Shown here in pieces: positions 15,238-20,000 of a stretch of DNA of 20,000 nucleotides; the stretch's first letter is position 1; each line of letters starts with the position of its first letter. The notes under the pieces are model-generated. The model had not been told where the DNA came from. It did no database searches and was given only the letters and a program-made list of their open reading frames with translations. The translations under genes were made by a program, and so were the position numbers. This DNA comes from Porphyridium purpureum (lineage: Eukaryota), in assembly GCA_008690995.1 (NCBI GenBank), contig VRMN01000005.1, positions 983,436-1,003,435 on the forward strand. Reading direction: 5' to 3'.

Positions 15238-18200
15238 TCAGTGCGACTCTGCTTCCGATTCCGAGAGTACCTCGCCTACAAAGAGGCGCCTGCCCGTCTC
15301 CAGCCAGTGCTGCGAGGCAACTGACAGAGTCGGGCCCGGGTGCCGTAGAAGCACCGCCGCCGCCACCGAGCGGTATACCGCGAGCGACAGCGACCGGTGG
15401 AGCGCCGTGCTTGCCAGCATCTGGCTTACTCCACGGTGCCGCATGTACGCCGCCACCAGAGTCTCCAGAAACGCGGCTCCACACTGTTCGCGCCGGCCGT
15501 ACGTGTCCAGAATGACCGCCTGGAACGACACGCCAGCAGCGTCGCCAGTGCGCGCAGCAGCCTGGAAGGAGGCCTGCTTGCGACGCGCCGCTGCCGCGAG
15601 TGCCGCTCCGTCGGACCGCCTGGTGCCGGTGCGGTCGGCACCACCACCGCCACATCGACCCACGTGCTGTCCACGCGCAGGTCGCCCGGCTGGCGCAAGT
15701 CTGCCGCGCCGGAAGCAGACTTCGCGCTCCACCGGCAAGCCGGCGGCGCGCGCAAAGGCTGCCACGGCGTCGACCACCAGCGCGTGCCGACCGTACCGCG
15801 ACGGCCCGAGATGGCACTTGAGCGCGTGGTGACCGTGCTGGTCCAGCTCGGCCCCACAGACGGCATCCGAGCTGCCCGAGAGCGCCGGACACGGACGCCG
15901 CGCTGCGTGGCTCACAGACAGGCCCAGCATGTGCCGCACAGCCACGCGCCATGCATCTGCACTCAGCGGCGCACTTCCGTGCGTGCCGGCCAGCTGCGTG
16001 GCAGACGGCATCCCGAGCCACGCCAGCGCGTGCGGCGAGCTGACGCTGCGACGTCGGTGAAAGTCTGGGTCGGACGGGGCCGGCGCGTGGGACCAATCTG
16101 AGCACCATTGTCGATAAAAGCGACGGCTCCCACGTGCCTGCGAGTCCAGCAGGGCTTCCACATCTTCGTCTGGCTCCAGGCGCCACTGCGCCACGGCGTG
16201 TGCGTCTCCGTCAAACCTTCGCCACCACTGCGCGAGCGACGGAGGGTACACGCGTGCGGGCGGGTTGTCCACCACGCGCGCGGCAGCACGACTGCCGGCG
16301 GCAAACGCAAACGGCGCAATGTCTGCCACTGCGGTCAGTCCCAAGCCGCCAAGCGAGCACGGCAGCCGCCACTCGGCCTTGCACGGCTCGCCGACCTCGT
16401 GTGCCATCACACCCAGCGCGCGCGCGACAATGCTGCGCCACGCGCGGTCAAACTCGGCAAAGATGCGAGTCACGACGGGCGGAGGCATGGTGCGCGCCAG
16501 GTGCATCAGGCGCTTTGGCCCGACGCTGCCCCGCAGGAGGTAGAACGCCTCTTCGGGGTGGCTGAGCTTGGCCACCTGCTCCGCCAGCTGGAGCACCTGC
16601 GCGCTCGCGTTGGTGATCGGCACGAGCGACTCGCCACTGCCGGTAAAGTCGAGCGGCACACCGAGCAGCTGTGCTTGGTCCCACGCCAGACGCGGCAGGT
16701 CGGCGAGCCCCGCGGGCACGACTGCCGGTTGCGTTCCTGGCGGAAGCACCAGCTGCGTCTTGGTGCGGTTCACGCGCATGCCGTACGCGGCCGCGTCGCT
16801 CGAAAAGGCGTCCAGGAAGCCTTCCAGCTGCGCGAGCGGCCCCACAATGCTGCCGTCGTCCAAGTACCAGAACGACGACAGACCCGGCGACTCGGTGTCT
16901 GCCAGCACCTTGTGCAGCACCAGCGAGAACAGCAAGGGCCCCAGCGGGTCGCCCTGCTGCACGCCGCACGCGCTGGCCAGCACATGGGCGCCCACTCGCA
17001 GCGGAGCCGGATGCGCGTACGTTGAGCGCACCAGCGGCCACAGCGCGGGGAAACGGCCCTGCACGATGCGCATCAGCGTGGGCCGGTCGACGCAATTGAA
17101 CGCGTTCGCAATGTCGACGAGCAGCACGGCTGCGCCTGGACTCTGCATCGCGGCAAGGCGCGTCCCCAGCACCGCGCCTTCGAGCCCGGCCGGGCGTCCC
17201 ACGCCGTACTGGTCGGGCCGGAGCGACTCGGCTGCGTCGCTGCCCAGGTGTGCCAGCACCAGCTTGCCCAGCACGCGCCGCAGCAGCTCGCCCACTGCAA
17301 TCGGTCGGACGCCGCCGTCCTTCTTCTTGAGCGGGATGAGGCGTGCGTGGCTCCACAGCGCGCCAGCTTGCGGATGCAGACCAACACTGGCGATGCGCTT
17401 GAACGCGAGAGCCACGGCCCCGAGCGCCGTGTCACCCGCCACGGGCGTGCGGATGACCTGCTGCAGCACGCCTATGGACCACCGCGACGGTCCGCACCCG
17501 CTGGTGTGCGGAATGGCCAGAATGGACTTGCGCACCGCCTGCGCGTCCCACGGCACGCGCATGCACTGCAGCTGGTCGATACTGACCGACTCGACTGGTG
17601 CGACGAGCGCTGCGTCGTGGCTGCCGCTGCGAGCCCCTGCCTCTGGATGCAGCTCGCGCAAGCGCGCCAGCACCGAGTCCGTGACGTCGTGCACACCCGC
17701 CGACTCGACCAGTCGCGCCGCGGCGCCAATGTGGTTGGCGCGCACATGCTGCACGATGCGGTGCTCCACGGCCTCTGGTGGTATGGGTCTGAGGTGTTGA
17801 CCGTCCACCACAGGCACCGAGTCGAGCAGTGGCTCGAGCGCATCGGAGCGCCACATCTTGAGCCGCGTCGCCAGGTATCTTGCCCGCGCGCGCGTGCTCT
17901 GGCGCTCCATGGGCAGGCACAGCACCAAAGTCGGAAACACCCACAGCTTTCCGAGCGCGCGGACTTGTGCGGCCTCGGACGCGGCTTCGGCCAGCTCCGT
18001 GAGCATGCTGCTGAACTCGAGCGCAACGTCCGGCGCAAACTTTGCCGGTACGCGCTTCCACGTGCGCACGCGCAGCCCCAGCACCCAATCTACCGTTTGA
18101 AGAATGGTGAGTATGGGGGCGTCGAGCAGCGGCGACGGCGGATGCGCAGCGGCGTGACGCGCCGTCGACACATGCGTGTCTGCGGCCGTGTCGGAGCCAC

Positions 18201-19184
18201 TGCGAGTGTCATCGCATGCCCGCTTGCGCCCGCTCGCTGTGCAGACTGCACGCGACCGCCGTGCCCTTCAAATGCCACAGCACAACGCGCAGGATCCCGG
18301 CATCGACTGCGCTGGTGGCGCACGGACAGCGCAGGCAGCAAGCACATCGCGCCGCACGCCCGGCGTGCCAGCCCAACCGCTCTGAGCGCGTCCGGTGGCA
18401 CTGCGGCAAGTGTTTCAGCCGAGTGATTACTGCCCGCCAAGTGCCGCAGCAGTCCAGCTGGCTCGGCCCACGAGGCCTCACAGCCTGCCACGGGGCACGC
18501 GTTCCACAGCGCTCGGCACGCTGGACACTGGCACGCGTCTTGGGGCTGCACGTCTCGCACCGCCCATCCGCACGCGTTTCGCCTCAAGTGCAGGCTGGAC
18601 AGAAGCTCGGCACTCGCTGGCTCCGTCGGATGTGCCGCACGCCAGTGCTTGCCCAGCTGAGCCGCACTCTGGTAGCGTCGCATGCACTCGGCGGCCGGAC
18701 ATGCGTGCGGCGCTTCGAGCTGCGCCATCCGAGCCACGCTGCGTCGCGAAATGTCAAAGCCCGCCGGACGGAGCATGCGAGCAGAGCTGCGAACAGATGC
18801 GCTGTGGCCAAGCACGGCATCCCTGACCGCTATGTGTGCGGCAGGCCCCGCACGCTGGCGCGGTCGTCGTGCGGACCGACGTGTGGCGCGACCGTCTGCC
18901 GAGTCTGCGACACTGTGCGGAGATGCCACTGGCGCGTGCGTGGCTGCCAGCACCCTAGAGCTGGAGATGTGCGCATCCACCACCGCACTCTCTCGCGCAG
19001 GACCAGCACGCTCACGCAGTTCCACTGGTCCACCCGGCCGACTTTGTAGCCGGCCTCGCCCAGACGCTCGACGAGCGCGGGGGCGTGCGGGAGCCCATTC
19101 CGCGTCGCTTTCCTCACTTGAGGCTAGAAGACTTGCGCCGCGCGGACCGGGCCCTTCCCACGAGTCAGAAAGTGTCTCACTCAT
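15238..19184 (-). pseudogene. ORF2 of copy C (Zn fingers, RT, RLE) disrupted by frameshifts (real decay or assembly indels)
   Basis: N-terminal part 18090-19184 (CPAAEC..HWRAAH, CPVAGC..HLAGSNH) and RT part 15238-18171 (GVQQGDPLGPLLF, WYLDDG) are in different frames, with the shift near 18170-18200. The RLE motif RQPGDLRVDSTWVDVAVV (~15640-15715) is out of frame with the 977-aa ORF. Confidence 0.85.
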
Positions 19185-19198
19185 GAGCCCCGAAGGGC
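19177..19198 (-). promoter_or_regulatory. ORF1/ORF2 junction signal of copy C: GCCC-UUCG-GGGC hairpin plus AUGAGUGA start/stop overlap
   Basis: Minus strand GCCCTTCGGGGCTCATGAGTGA. Confidence 0.65.
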
Positions 19199-20000
19199 GA
19201 AGCCGCCGAGGGAGCCGGAGTCACAGCGTGGACCTCCGGAAGTGCGGGAGCGGCAAACTCTTGGCCGCTGGCACGGCCCACTGCGGAACGGTGGGCGTGG
19301 GCCGTCTTGCACTGCATGCAGCGTGCGCGGTGCTGGTCCCGAGAGTGCGCAGAGCCGCTGAGCGCATGCCATGCTCCACACGGGTCTGCAGCGAGTCCTG
19401 CCTCGGCAAGCGCGTCTTTGTCGAGACTGTGCGGATGCGCGCCACGGTGGCACTTTATTGCGTGGCGCGCACCATACTTGCCTCGCGCGCCGCCTGGAAA
19501 CAAGCAGGCCGGAACGGGCAGCGCAGCGCCCGTCCGAGCTGACTGGCCTGAGCCGCCGGCGCTGTAGTTCCGCGACTGGTGCATGCTGCACAGCGTCATT
19601 CAACAGACAGGCGGCAGTGCTCAGACCCGCACTGTTCTGCTGCGCCTGCGCGACGCCTCTGTCTGCTGCAGACTCTTGCTGCGCTGCTTCCGCCGTCACG
19701 CTAGGCACTTCTGCAGCCGCCCGGGAACGCTTGGGCAGAGTAGCCCGGGACGGAGACACCGTGCGCGATAACGCGGCAGCGGCGGGTCGCTTAGCGTGGG
19801 CCATCCCCGGAGCAGCATCATTCTTGCGTCCGGGGGCATCTGAAGCCTCTGCATCGCCGACCACAGACTCGGCGCTGCGTGAAAGGGCGGCATCTGGCTG
19901 AGCAGAGCCGCCTGCAGCGTCGACGAGCTGTCCTCCGTCCGGTTCGCCTTGAGAGTCTGACCCAGCTGACGGCATGGCCTCGTCACCGGTCGCGGCGTCA
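19177..20000 (-). pseudogene. C-terminal part of ORF1 of copy C, frameshifted, partial at the window edge
   Basis: ALRCP/VPAC..LDKDALAEAGLAADPCG..HRARC..GAHE* is homologous to the end of copy A ORF1; the upstream low-complexity linker is in another frame. Confidence 0.7.

Larger units (their letters stand above)
15166..20000 (-). mobile_element. Retrotransposon copy C (same group as A, diverged family); 5' part extends beyond the window
   Basis: 3' end CAGAGTAACCCTA, full ORF2 homology and the ORF1 C terminus. Confidence 0.92.

Noticed and set aside
16108..19542. Long plus-strand ORFs (305, 410, 392, 277, 286 aa) and similar ones within copy A
   Set aside because: Expected antisense or alternative-frame ORFs in high-GC coding DNA; no recognisable motifs.

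Overview
Eukaryotic, probably subtelomeric DNA; the host cannot be determined from the window. It holds three co-oriented, mutually diverged non-LTR retrotransposons on the minus strand, of the CRE-like type (reverse transcriptase plus restriction-like endonuclease, RLE). Copy A (~128-6370) has intact ORF1 and ORF2. Copy B (13894-15167) is 5'-truncated and frameshifted. Copy C (15166 to beyond 20000) is frameshifted and joined head-to-tail onto B. None has a poly(A) tail; all three end in the same motif, CAGAGTAACCC(TA), whose last bases are a permutation of the telomeric C-strand (TAACCC) and resemble a telomerase template. A and C also share a UNCG-tetraloop hairpin just upstream of an overlapping ORF2 start/ORF1 stop. 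Between A and B lies a lower-GC, intronless ~1390-aa gene combining Zn fingers, a tyrosine-recombinase-like motif set (R..K..R..GH..Y) and a RecQ-like SF2 helicase (telomere-linked helicase/Crypton-like). It is flanked by iterated GGGG-containing motifs and followed by a triplicated Sel1-repeat pseudogene and a 20-bp minisatellite. No telomeric repeat tract is present, so the telomere link is inferred.
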